Origin: Octopus sinensis
Lineage: Eukaryota
Length of the DNA stretch: 22,577 nucleotides
Direction of reading: 5' to 3'
Assembly (NCBI RefSeq): GCF_006345805.1
Contig: NW_021824514.1
Span: 1-22,577, forward strand
Of the stretch, positions 9,053 through 18,971 are shown piece after piece (position 1 is the stretch's first letter; every line of letters begins with the position of its first letter). A program made the position numbers and the translations under genes. The notes beneath the pieces were generated by a model that was given only the letters and a program-made list of their open reading frames with translations, did no database searches and had not been told where the DNA came from.

Positions 9053-9339
9053 AGAAGAATACAGTGTACATTTAAACACATAAGAGATACCCGGGAAATA
9101 GGATATCTGACTCACTAGAAAGAGCAGTTAAACTCCAAGCCACTAATTGTTGTAATTCCAAAAGTGACTGAAAAATAGAAACTTTTACCTTGGATAATTT
9201 AAGGTAAAAGTTTTTATTTTTCAATCACTTTCGGAATTACAACCATTAGTGGCTTGGAGTTTAACTGCTCTTTCTAGTGAGTCAGATATCCTATTTCCAG
9301 GGTATCTCTTATGTGTTTAAATGCACACTGTATTCTTCT
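9053..9339. repeat. Foldback element 2: 139-bp inverted arms, 9-nt loop
   Basis: 9053-9191 versus 9201-9339; I count 6 mismatches; loop ggataattt. Confidence 0.93.
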
Positions 9340-9489
9340 CTGAATAATGTATAGTCTATGGACTAAATTTTTTCCTTCTTGCAAGACCACTGGTAGTTAA
9401 GAAATTTTTCGATGAATATTCTTGCAACCCTAAGATTTTAATTAATGATAAAATAAACATATATATACATATATATATGTGATGATGGA

Positions 9490-10005
9490 TGTAGTCAGTC
9501 CACCTGTGCATACCTTCCTTCTTGGGACACATAACTCTACTTGTGAAGACTTGTTGAGGCAAGTGAAAATCAAAAATCAAATCGAAATCGATCAACATCA
9601 ATGGAAATTGTAGTTGTGGTACCAGTGCCGGTGGCACATAAGAGAACCATCTGAACGTGGCCGTAGCTAGCACCGCATCGACTAGCCTCCGTGCTGGTGG
9701 CACGCAACAAACACCATCTGATCGAGACCGTTGCCAGCCTCGTCTGGCCTCCGTGCCGGTGGCACGTAAAAAGCACCATCTGAGTGTGGCCGTTTGCCAG
9801 CCTCGTCTGGCACCTGTGTCGGTGGCACATAAAAAGCACCCACTACATTCACGGAGTGGTTGGCATTAGGAAGGGCATCCGGCTGTAGAAACACTGCCAG
9901 ATCTGACTGGCCTGGTGCAGCCTTTGGGCTTCCCAGACCCCGGTCGAACAGTCCAACCCATGCTAGCATGGAAAGGGGACGTTAAACGATGAGGATGATG
10001 ATGAT
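9490..10005 (+). mobile_element. Family C retroposon, long copy (probably a non-autonomous RTE-mobilised element)
   Basis: Four ~62-66-bp internal repeats, then ggcattaggaagggcatccggctgtagaaac and 3' gacgttaaacg(atg)n. The RTE link is inferred from the (GAT)n tail. Confidence 0.8.
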
Positions 10006-10319
10006 ATGTATGTATACATGCTGATGCAATTGGAACAACTGTTTGATTTTTAAGGTGTGATCTGAAATATAGATATGATTTCCTTTGTACATATTATTGA
10101 TTTCTGTTAATACTCTGACTTTCTTAAAATTCTGTATAAGGATTGTTGGATTTACCTGTCATGCAGGAGCGGGATTTGTATTCTCCATACATTTACTGGT
10201 ATCTACTTGTTGGGAATTTAACCTTATTCCTTTATGCTGAGTGCTTAATTGACAACTGCCAGGATTTGTTAATCCTGCTTTTTCTCATATATATATATAT
10301 ATGTACATATATATATACA

Positions 10320-10337
10320 GAGAGAGAGAGAGAGAGT

Positions 10338-10380
<43 letters not shown>

Positions 10381-10452
10381 GGATAGATAGACATACATAC
10401 ATACAGACAGACAGATAGATAGACATACATACAAACAGACAGACAGACAGAG

Positions 10453-10491
<39 letters not shown>

Positions 10492-10925
10492 CAGACAAAC
10501 AGACAGATAATAGACAGACAGACATATATATATATTTCTTTATTGCCCAAAAGGGGCTAAACACAGAGGGGACAAACAAGGACAGACATAGGTATTAAGT
10601 CGATTATATCGACCCCAGTGCGTAACTGGTACTTAATTTATCGACCCCGAAAGGATGAAAGGCAAAGTCAACCTCGGCGGGATTTGAACTCTCAACGTAA
10701 CAGCAGATGAAATACCGCTAAGCATTTCGCCCCGGCGTGCTAACATTTCTGCCAGCTCAGATAATAGACAGACAGACAAATAGATAGACAGATGGACAAA
10801 CACAGACAGAATGACAGGCAGACAGACAGTCAGACAGACAGACAGACAGACAGATGACAGGCAGACATACATCAATAAAACAGGCTGGCAGACTGACAGA
10901 CACACACACACACATATACAACAAC
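10320..10925. repeat. (GA)/(GATA)/(GACA) compound microsatellite split by a SINE
   Basis: Direct reading. Confidence 0.92.
10525..10757 (-). mobile_element. SINE family A (A1 tail) with 21-bp flanking duplication
   Basis: Near-full copy; cagataatagacagacagaca at 10504-10524 and 10758-10778. Confidence 0.9.
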
Positions 10926-10959
10926 ACATTCACAGATAACTAAAATTTGCTCCTTCCCT

Positions 10960-11142
10960 TCAGCAAGTGGAAATTACCTGTCAAGGGTGGCACAATGTGA
11001 CATTTATGTCAAAGTGAATGAAGAGCAACGTGAAATGTAGGTGTTTCACTCAAACACACAATGCACTGGTGGATCCCGGAGTTGAAACCACAATCTTGCG
11101 ATCATGAGCACAAAACTCTAACCACTGGGCCATGAGCTCTCC
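10960..11142 (-). mobile_element. SINE family G, degenerate
   Basis: Head ggagagctcaTGGCCCAGTGGttagag...GTTTCAACTCC; similar to the copy at 16800. Confidence 0.7.
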
Positions 11143-11164
11143 TTATATTTTTCTCTCTGCCCAC

Positions 11165-11544
11165 CTCTGTGAGCATGTGTGTATGTGTGTGTGAGTGTGT
11201 GTGTGTGTGTGTGAATGATTGTGTATGTGTGTGCGTGCGTGTGTTTGTGTGTGTGCATGTGTGAGTGTGTGTGTGTGTGTGTGAGTGTCTATGTGTGTGT
11301 GAGTGCATGTGTGTGTGTGTCTGATTGTGAGTGTGTGAGTGTGTGTGTGTGCATGTGTGTGTCTGAGTGCATGCGTGTGTGTGAGTGTGTGTGTGTGTGT
11401 GTGAATGATGTGTGTGTGTATGTATGTGTGTGTGCATGTGTGTGTGCGTGTATGCATGTGGTGTGTGTCTGAGTGGTGTGTCTGAGTGTGTGTGTGAGTG
11501 GTGTGTGTGCATGTGTGTGTATGTGTGTGTGTGTGTGCGTGTGT

Positions 11545-11583
<39 letters not shown>

Positions 11584-11894
11584 GTGTGTGTGCATGTGTG
11601 AGTGTGTGTGTGTGTGTGTGAGTGTCCTATGTGTGTGTGAGTGCATGTGTGTGTGTGTCTGATTGTGTGTGTGTGAGTGTGTGTGTGTGCTGTGTGTGTC
11701 TGAGTGCATGCGTGTGTGTGAGTGTGTGTGTGTGTGTGTGAATGATTGTGTGTGTATGTATGTGTGTGTGCATGTGTGTGTGCGTGTATGCATGTGTGTG
11801 TGTGTCTGAGTGTGTGTGTCTGAGTGTGTGTGTGAGTGTGTGTGTGTGCATGTGTGTGTATGTGTGTGTGTGTGTGCGTGTGTGTGTCTGTGTG

Positions 11895-11934
<40 letters not shown>

Positions 11935-11958
11935 ATGTGTGTGTGAGTGCGTGTGTGT
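11165..11958. repeat. (GT)n-based compound microsatellite with ~338-bp higher-order duplication
   Basis: The order of interruptions (gtctatg, ctgattg, ctgagtgcatgcg, gaatga(t)tg, gcgtgtatgcatg) repeats from ~11283 and from ~11620. Confidence 0.9.
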
Positions 11959-12094
11959 TTTCAGTTGAATGCCCAGAAGCAAGGAAATAATTTGTGGCAA
12001 CAGAGTGAATCACCGACTTCAAACGAATAAATAAACTTTACGAAATATATTGAGTAACATTTTATTCCCTTTATTTTTACATCCAAATGTGAAA

Positions 12095-12118
12095 ACACAC
12101 ATACACACACACACAAAC

Positions 12119-12149
<31 letters not shown>

Positions 12150-12627
12150 CATACACATACATACACACATATATACACACACATATATATATATAACATA
12201 TATATATGCATATATATACAAATACATATATTATTATACATATACACATACATATGTATATATATATATACATATACATCTATGTACATATGTGTATATA
12301 TATCTATATATATATATATATATAATATATGTATATATATAATATATTATATATATACATCAGTGTATAGATATATACTGTAATATATATATATACACAC
12401 ACACACATATATATATATATGTATACATATATGTTATATGTATATATATATATATACATAATATATATATTATATATATATACATATATATATATATGTG
12501 TGTGTGGTGTGTGTGTGTGTGTATATACATATTATTTATGTATATATGTTTGTATATATGTATATATGTATATATATATATGTATATATATACACACATA
12601 TGTATGTATGCAATAGAGGGAAATATT

Positions 12628-12672
<45 letters not shown>
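12095..12672. repeat. (TA)/(CA)/(TG)/(GA) microsatellites
   Basis: Direct reading. Confidence 0.95.
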
Positions 12673-12673
<1 letters not shown>

Positions 12674-12869
12674 AGGGTGTTTAAAAACTGAAACCAGCTG
12701 TCACAATACCATAAAGATGAAAACGGTGTGATGCATAATTATTGCTATATTACACTAATATAATTGTCTGCTTCGTTAACCAAACAGAAATTAACAGAGA
12801 TTAGGAGAGGAGCTGCAAATATAAAACTGAAACAACACAGAAAGTAAATTAACAAGTGGTATTAAGGAG

Positions 12870-13500
12870 GGAGGCGGACAGAGGCAGCGGCGGCAGCAGC
12901 GACAACAGCAGCAGCATCAGTAGTGGTTGTAGCGGTGGTGGTGGTGGTGATGGTGGTGGTGGTGGTGTGTGGTGGGTGGTGGTGATGGTGATGGTGGTGG
13001 TTGTTTTCCTTGTTGTATTGGTGGTGCTTGTGGTGACGGAGGTGGTGGTGGTGGTGGTGGTGGTGGTGGTGGTGGTGATGGTGGTGGTGGTGATGGCGGC
13101 AGTGGTGGTGGTGGTGGTGGTGGTGGTGGCGGTGGTGGTAGTGGTGGTTGTTTTTGTTGTCGTGTTGGTGGTGGTGGTGGTGGTGGTGGTGGTGGTGGTG
13201 ATGCTTGCTGGAAATAGTGATTGTGTTGCTAGGGATGTCGGTGGCAGTGGTGGTGGTAGTGGTGGTGGTGGTGGTGGTGGTGGTGGTGGTGGTGGTGGTG
13301 GTGGTATTGGTGCTGGTAGTAGCGTTCATGGTGGTACTGATGTCATTGGTAATGGCATTAAGGGTTCTGAGGGTGGTGGAAAGTGATAATGGTGGTGGTG
13401 TCGGCAATGGTGATGATGGTGGTTGTAATGGTATTAAGGGTAGTGTGGATGAAAGAGGGTGGTGGAAGTGGTGGTGATGGTGCTGGTGGTGTTGGCGGCG
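12870..13500. repeat. (GGT)n-rich triplet tract
   Basis: Direct reading; source of the poly-V/G/H/T artefact ORFs. Confidence 0.93.
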
Positions 13501-13534
13501 ACCACAGAGGTAGCAGGGGTGGAATGACTGTGTC

Positions 13535-13770
13535 AAGAAGCAGTTCACTTCACAACCGCTATAGTCGCAAGTTCAATCCCACTGAATGGTACTGTGGACA
13601 AGTGACATCTAGGGTATCCCTGAACTGACCAATGTCTTGCAAGTGAATTTGGCCGAAGAAGACTGTGTGGAAGTCCATCATATATATATATATATTTCTT
13701 TGACTAAAACTCCTTAAGGTAGTGCTCCAGCATGGACACAGTCAAATGACTAAAACAAGTAAAAGAATAC
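13535..13770 (+). mobile_element. Degenerate, internally deleted SINE family B
   Basis: Head remnant aagttcaatcccactg...; tail gtgctccagcatggacacagtcaaatgactaaaacaagtaaaagaata. Confidence 0.7.
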
Positions 13771-13799
13771 AGACACACACATACATACATATATATATT

Positions 13800-14174
13800 T
13801 TTATTCTTTTATTTCTTTCAGTCATTTGACTGTGGCCATACTGGAGCACCATCTTTAGTCAAGCAAATCGATCCTAGTACTTATTCTTTTGCCGAACCAC
13901 TAAGTTACAGGTATGTAAACACACCAGCATCAGTTGTGAAGCAATGTTGTTGGGGACAAACACTCACACACACACACACACACACACAATACACACACAC
14001 ATATATATACACGACAAGCTTCTATCAGTTTCCATCTACCAAATCCACTCACAAGGCTTTGGTCGGCCCGAGGTTATAGTAGAAGACACTTGCCCAAGGT
14101 GCCACGCAGTGAGACTGAACCCAGAACCATGTGGTTGGTTAGCAAGCTACTTACCACACACCCACTCCTGTGCC
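13800..14174 (-). mobile_element. SINE family B, near full length
   Basis: Collinear with 2668-3070; short internal deletion at the repeated cttattct motif. Confidence 0.9.
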
Positions 14175-14364
14175 AGTATATATATATATATATATATATG
14201 AGGAAGATGATGATGATATATATACATATTGCATGTGTGCGTGTACATCTTTTTGTTTGTCCTTCCATTGCCTTACAAACAGTGTTGGTTTGTTTACATC
14301 CCCACAACTTAAGAAAAACAAACCAGCAGAATAAGCACCAGGCTTAAAATAATATAATTACCGT

Positions 14365-14640
14365 GATCAATGATGATGATGATGATGATGATGACAATGA
14401 TGATGATGTGAGTGATGGTGGTGGTGGTGGTGGTGGTGGTGATTATGGTGACAATGGGGATGATGATTGTGGCGGAGGTGGTGATGGTGGTGGTCGTGAT
14501 GGTGGTGGTGGTGGTGGTCGTGGTGGTAATGGTGATGATGTTTGTGGGGGGTAGTGGTGGTGGTGGTTATGGTGACAATGGTGATGATGGTTGAGGTGGG
14601 GGTGCGGAGGGGGCAGCGGCAGTGGTGATGGTGGTCATGA
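14365..14640. repeat. (GAT)/(GGT) triplet tract
   Basis: Direct reading. Confidence 0.9.
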
Positions 14641-15051
14641 TGAATGATGTCGTGAGCCTAGAAAATTTGAACCGAATTTAAATGCTATTCCTCAGTTTTC
14701 CGGAATGACTCAGAAACTATGATGTTATTGTTTCCTGTTGTTGTTGCTGTTGTTGTTGTTGTGTTGTTGTCATGCTTAGCATGGCACTAAGACACAATTT
14801 ATTTAAACAAAAAAAGACAAATCAAACAATAGCCTTTCATAATGGAACACAATGCCTTATGACCACAGAAAGAGATCCACAATGAGTGACTCAAAGAGGT
14901 AACAAGGTTAATTTCTTGAAAATGGGGACATGGCACACTTTCTCTACTTGTAGAGGCAACAGCACCTAGAGTCACACCACACATTAACCAACGTGTCTAC
15001 ATTCACCCACTCACATAATATACATTACGCACATATATACCTATATACTAA

Positions 15052-15466
15052 GGCGGCGAGCTGGCAGAAACGTTAGCATGCCAGGAGAAATGCGTAGCCG
15101 TATTTTGTCTGCTGTTACATTCTCAGTTCAAATTCCGCCGAGGTCGACTTTGCCTTTCATCCTTTCCAGGTCGATAAATTTAGTACCAATTACGCACTGG
15201 GCTCGATATAATCGACTTAATCCGTTTGTCTGTCCTTGTTTGTCCCCTCTGTTTTTAGCCCCTTGTGGGTAGTAAAGAAATAGGTATTTCATCTGCCGTT
15301 ACGTTCTGAGTTCAAATTCCATCAAGGTTGACTTTGCCTTTCACCCTTTCGGGGTCAATAAATAAAGTACCAGTTACGCACTGGGGTCAATATAATCAAC
15401 TTAATCCCTTTGTCTGTCTTTGTTTGTCCCCTCTATGTTTAGCCCCTTGTGGGCAGTAAAGAAATA
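15052..15466 (+). mobile_element. Head-to-tail SINE family A dimer (full + 5'-shortened) under one TSD
   Basis: Monomers 15052-15282 and 15283-15466; tacctatatact at 15038-15049 and 15471-15482. Confidence 0.88.
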
Positions 15467-15735
15467 TATGTACCTATATACTTGTATATACTCACACCCA
15501 CACATACACAAACATAGGGATACACAGGTTCTGTCTTGCAAGCTAACGGGTGCTGGTTCCACATACATACATACGTACATGCATGCATGCATAAGCACAC
15601 ACACACACACACACACTGACCCACAAACATGCGCACAAACAAACAAAAAGGAACGCAGTGTAAATAACGGACAGAGTCAAGACTATTGAAAAGGTTGCAA
15701 GATGCAACAAACATTTTAGGAAAATAAAAATTAAG

Positions 15736-15970
15736 AAATAAGTGTAAATTTTACCGGTGTGAGTGTGTTATATTATAAGGCACTAAAAGAGAATGACTCT
15801 CCCCAGACACAACAGAATATGCTTCAACACATGAACTCATATAAAGAATCTTGCAAACCAAATCCAAAAATGAAGTATATATATATTGAAGCATATTCTG
15901 TTGTGTCTAGGGATTTTTCTTTTTGTGCCTTATAATTTAACACACTCACTGGTAAAATTTCCACTTATTT
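15736..15970. mobile_element. MITE-like element 3 (~85-92-bp imperfect TIRs, 58-bp spacer)
   Basis: 15736-15827 pairs with 15886-15970 (aaataagtg...gcttcaa / ttgaagc...cacttattt). Confidence 0.85.
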
Positions 15971-15980
15971 GTTATTATAC

Positions 15981-16320
15981 AATGAGCTTTTTTCAGTTTC
16001 TATCAACCAAATCTACTCACAAGGCTTTGGTAGGCCTGAGGCTATAATACAAGAGACTTGTCCAAGGTACCACACAGTGGGACTGAACCCAGAACCATGT
16101 GGTTGGGAAGTAAACTTCTTACCACACAGCCACACCTGCGCATGTGTATAGTTATAAATATGTAATGCCTTTTTCTGTATGTTCCACAGATTCCCCTCTA
16201 CCAAATTCACTTGCAAGGAATTGGTTGGCCCAGCGCTATAGCAGAAGACACTTGCCCAAGTTGCCATGCAGTGGGACTGAACCCAGAACCATGTGTTTGG
16301 GAAGCAAGCTTCAATATAGC
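15981..16320 (-). mobile_element. Two adjacent SINE family B 5' halves (~15981-16143 and ~16170-16320)
   Basis: Both carry gtgggactgaacccagaaccatgtg and the ...caaat(c/t)(t/c)act... body. Confidence 0.82.
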
Positions 16321-16379
16321 TGTGCATTTTCTGGAACAGGGTTTTATGCGGTTTCTGTATTGACATTTGGTAAATGAAG

Positions 16380-16474
16380 CTATTTCAGGAAAGTGTCATG
16401 CCGCACGTTATTGTCCTGATTCATCTCTTCGGGAAAATCCATTATCCTGAGATCAGGCCCATCCTCTTCTGTAT
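16380..16474 (-). CDS. Candidate terminal coding exon (xTEEDGPDLRIMDFPEEMNQDNNVRHDTFLK*)
   Basis: Acceptor tatattatttcatag|, phase 1, only one open frame, which ends in TAG at 16380. Unique GC-richer island; no homolog recognised. Confidence 0.35.
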
Positions 16475-16649
16475 CTATGAAATAATATATAGCCAAACAC
16501 TCCCACACTCTCAAATATGTATTCACATATGCACGTGTACACATATACATGCATATACAAGCTCCATCATACGTATATATTATAGATATACAAGCACTCT
16601 GAAATACACGCATTCACTTCAAAAGATTAAGAGGCTGGTGTCCCATAAG

Positions 16650-17466
16650 TAAAGCAATGTATATGTACTACTGCACGGACAACATTGTAAACATGTCAAA
16701 AGCTATGACATCGAGGAATATACATATAGAAACAAGAAAAAACCTGAGTATTTGTTACATATGTTTCACAGTATTATATGCCACAGTATTATATGATGGG
16801 TGGAGCTGCATGGCTTAGTGGCTAGGGTGTCAGCATCATGATTGTAAGATTGTGGTTTCGATTCCTGGACCGGGTGATGTGTTGTTCTTGAGCAAAACAC
16901 TTCATTTCACATTGCTCCAGTCCACTCAGCTGGCAAAAATGAGTAACGCTGCGATGGACTGGTGTCCCATCCAGCTGGGGAGCACAAACGCCATAGAAAC
17001 CGGGAAAGCCTGGCTAGGCTTTGAAAGGGCACATTTATTCTATTATTTATTATATGATGGAGAAACAGGTACATTAAGGGAAACTCTGACAAACTAGAAG
17101 CTTTTGAAATGATGACATATAAGAAAAATATTAAGAATATCTTGGGATAAAATATTATCTAATGAATATGTGCTCCAACTAGAAAATACAAAAAGGTCAT
17201 TTTTCTCAACTGTCAGGAAAGAGAGGGTAGCTAAAGTAGGTTGGTGACACAGTAAGAACACAAGGTGTACAAAGACAATTACTAGAAGGAAAGATAAGTG
17301 GCAAATGCTCAAGAGGAAAACCTTGAACAAACGGGTTTGATAACATCAAGGGCTGTACTAAATTATTACATGGTGAATGTATAAGAATAGGAGAGAAAAA
17401 AACCTGAAAGGGCAGCCTTGATATCCAAATTGGTGAGAGCAGAAAATATTTAATGATGATGATGAT
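16650..17466 (+). mobile_element. Decayed RTE LINE 3' part, interrupted by a SINE
   Basis: Frameshifted translation: AR..FVNMSKAMTSRNIHIETRKNL..CY...LYDG|ETGTL...KLEAFEM..YKKILRISWDK..SNEYVL...LLEGKISGKCSRGKP...DNIK, which are RTE post-RT motifs; (GAT)n tail at ~17452. Confidence 0.88.
16800..17047 (+). mobile_element. SINE family G with 13-bp TSD, inserted in the RTE
   Basis: TGGCTTAGTGG...GTTTCGATTCC boxes; CORE-like ttgagcaaaacacttcatttcacattgctccagtccactcagctg. TSD tattatatgatgg at 16787-16799 and 17048-17060. Confidence 0.88.
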
Positions 17467-17739
17467 CATCATCATCATGAGCATGATCGTGATGATATAA
17501 TGGATAATGGGTGAGAATAGGTATAAAAAAATCCCAGCTTATGATAGACACAAAAAATTAATACAGAGACTGAACAAGATAGCTAAAATCCAACCATAAA
17601 TGGAGATGAGATCCAGGCAAACAAGAGTTGGCTATGGGCAATGGACTGGTCAAACTAATGAAAGTACAATAAAATAGAAATAGACAGACAGTTGTTAATG
17701 ACATCAAAACATTGATAAATTAGTTATACTTGTTTTATA

Positions 17740-18297
17740 GGCAAAGGAGTGGCTGTGTGGTAAGTAGCTTGCTTACCAACCACATGGTTCCAGGTTCAGT
17801 CCCACTGCGTGGCACCTTGGGCAAGTGTCATCTGCTATAGCCTCAGGTGGACCAAAGCCTAGTGAGTGGATTTGGTAGACGGAAACTGAAAAAAGCCCAT
17901 CGTATATATATATATATATATAACGGGAAGCTTTATGAAAATAAACAAAGACGAAGGCAGGTGGAAAACAAACGAACAATTGTATTAGTATGGCGTCAGG
18001 AAATATAAATAAAACAAGCTTAACGTTTCGAGCCTACGCTCTTCAACAGAAAGATACACAGAGAGAGAAAAACACAGAAAGAAGGAGAGAAAAAAATGCG
18101 TGCAGTAGCTAACGAATCAACATGGCGATCTATGTCTGTGTGCCTGTGTTTGTCCCCCCAACTTAGGGTTTCGACAAGAGAGACCGATAGAATAAGTACT
18201 AGGCTTACAAAGAATAAGTCCTGGGGTCGATTTGCTCGACTAAAAGCGGTGCTCCAGCATGGTCACAGTCAAATGACTGAAACAAATAAAAGAATAA
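17740..18297 (+). mobile_element. SINE family B carrying a family E insert in its central (TA)n
   Basis: Head 17740-17902, E1, then 3' half ~18130-18297. Confidence 0.9.
17921..18123 (-). mobile_element. Family E copy E1 (~205 bp, hammerhead-like motif at ~18019-18054)
   Basis: Highly similar to E2; minus strand reads tctttCTGTTGAagagcgtaggctcGAAAcgttaag. Confidence 0.75.
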
Positions 18298-18722
18298 TAG
18301 AAAGAAAGACTATACAGGAAATGAGTATTCATCTAATTAAACAGAAAAACAGGAAAATCAAGTAAGCAAGGGTTCATAGTAATTCTTCTCAGAGAGGTTT
18401 AATAATCTGTGAGTTTATACTCTAAAAACATAGATAAAAGAGAGGAGGATCCAGGTAGATCTTCATAGATAGGTAGATATCCAAGGTGTTAGAGCATGAA
18501 CGAAGATGAGAAGCTGGCAGGTTTGTTAGCCCATCAAGCAAAAATGCTCAGCAATATTTCAATTTTTCTTTACATTCTGACTTTAAATTATGCTTCTCCC
18601 TCACATGGCTCCAGGTTTAGTCCCATGGCATAACATCTTGAGCAAATGCCTTCCAACGTAGCCTCAGAATGACCAAAACCTTGTGAATGGATTTGCTATA
18701 TGGTAACTGAAAGAAGCCTGTC

Positions 18723-18753
<31 letters not shown>

Positions 18754-18756
<3 letters not shown>

Positions 18757-18962
18757 CGGGAAGCTTTATGAAAATAGACAAAAGACGAAGGCAGGTGGAA
18801 AACAAACGAACAATTGTATTAGTATGGCGCTCAGGAAATATAAATAAAACAAGTCTTTAACGTTTCGAGCCTACGCCCTTCAACAGAAAGATACACAGAG
18901 AGAAAAAAAACACAGAAAGAAGGAGAGAAAAAAAATGCGTGCAGTAGCTAACGAATCAACAT
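18754..18962 (-). mobile_element. Family E copy E2 (hammerhead-like motif at 18854-18891)
   Basis: Flanked by (TA)n on both sides; minus strand reads tctttCTGTTGAagggcgtaggctcGAAAcgttaaaga. Confidence 0.75.
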
Positions 18963-18971
18963 ATATATATA

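Noticed and set aside
10030-10285. Unique segment with a cag|gtaaat donor (minus, ~10157) and a faint RT-like KSRSCMT
   Set aside because: The phase-0 frame has a stop, there is no clear acceptor, and the RT similarity is too weak to call.
11102-12616. His/Thr, Val/Cys and Tyr/Ile ORFs (up to 285 aa)
   Set aside because: Dinucleotide repeat translations.
12856-13628. Poly-Val/Gly/His/Thr ORFs, superficially like Gly- or His-rich cephalopod structural proteins
   Set aside because: Open in several frames on both strands because (GGT)n has no stop codons; no signal peptide or splice context.
16800-16875. tRNA-like sequences (also at 4085-4161, 11070-11142, 17740-17820)
   Set aside because: No complete cloverleaf; they continue into SINE bodies, so they are SINE heads and not tRNA genes.
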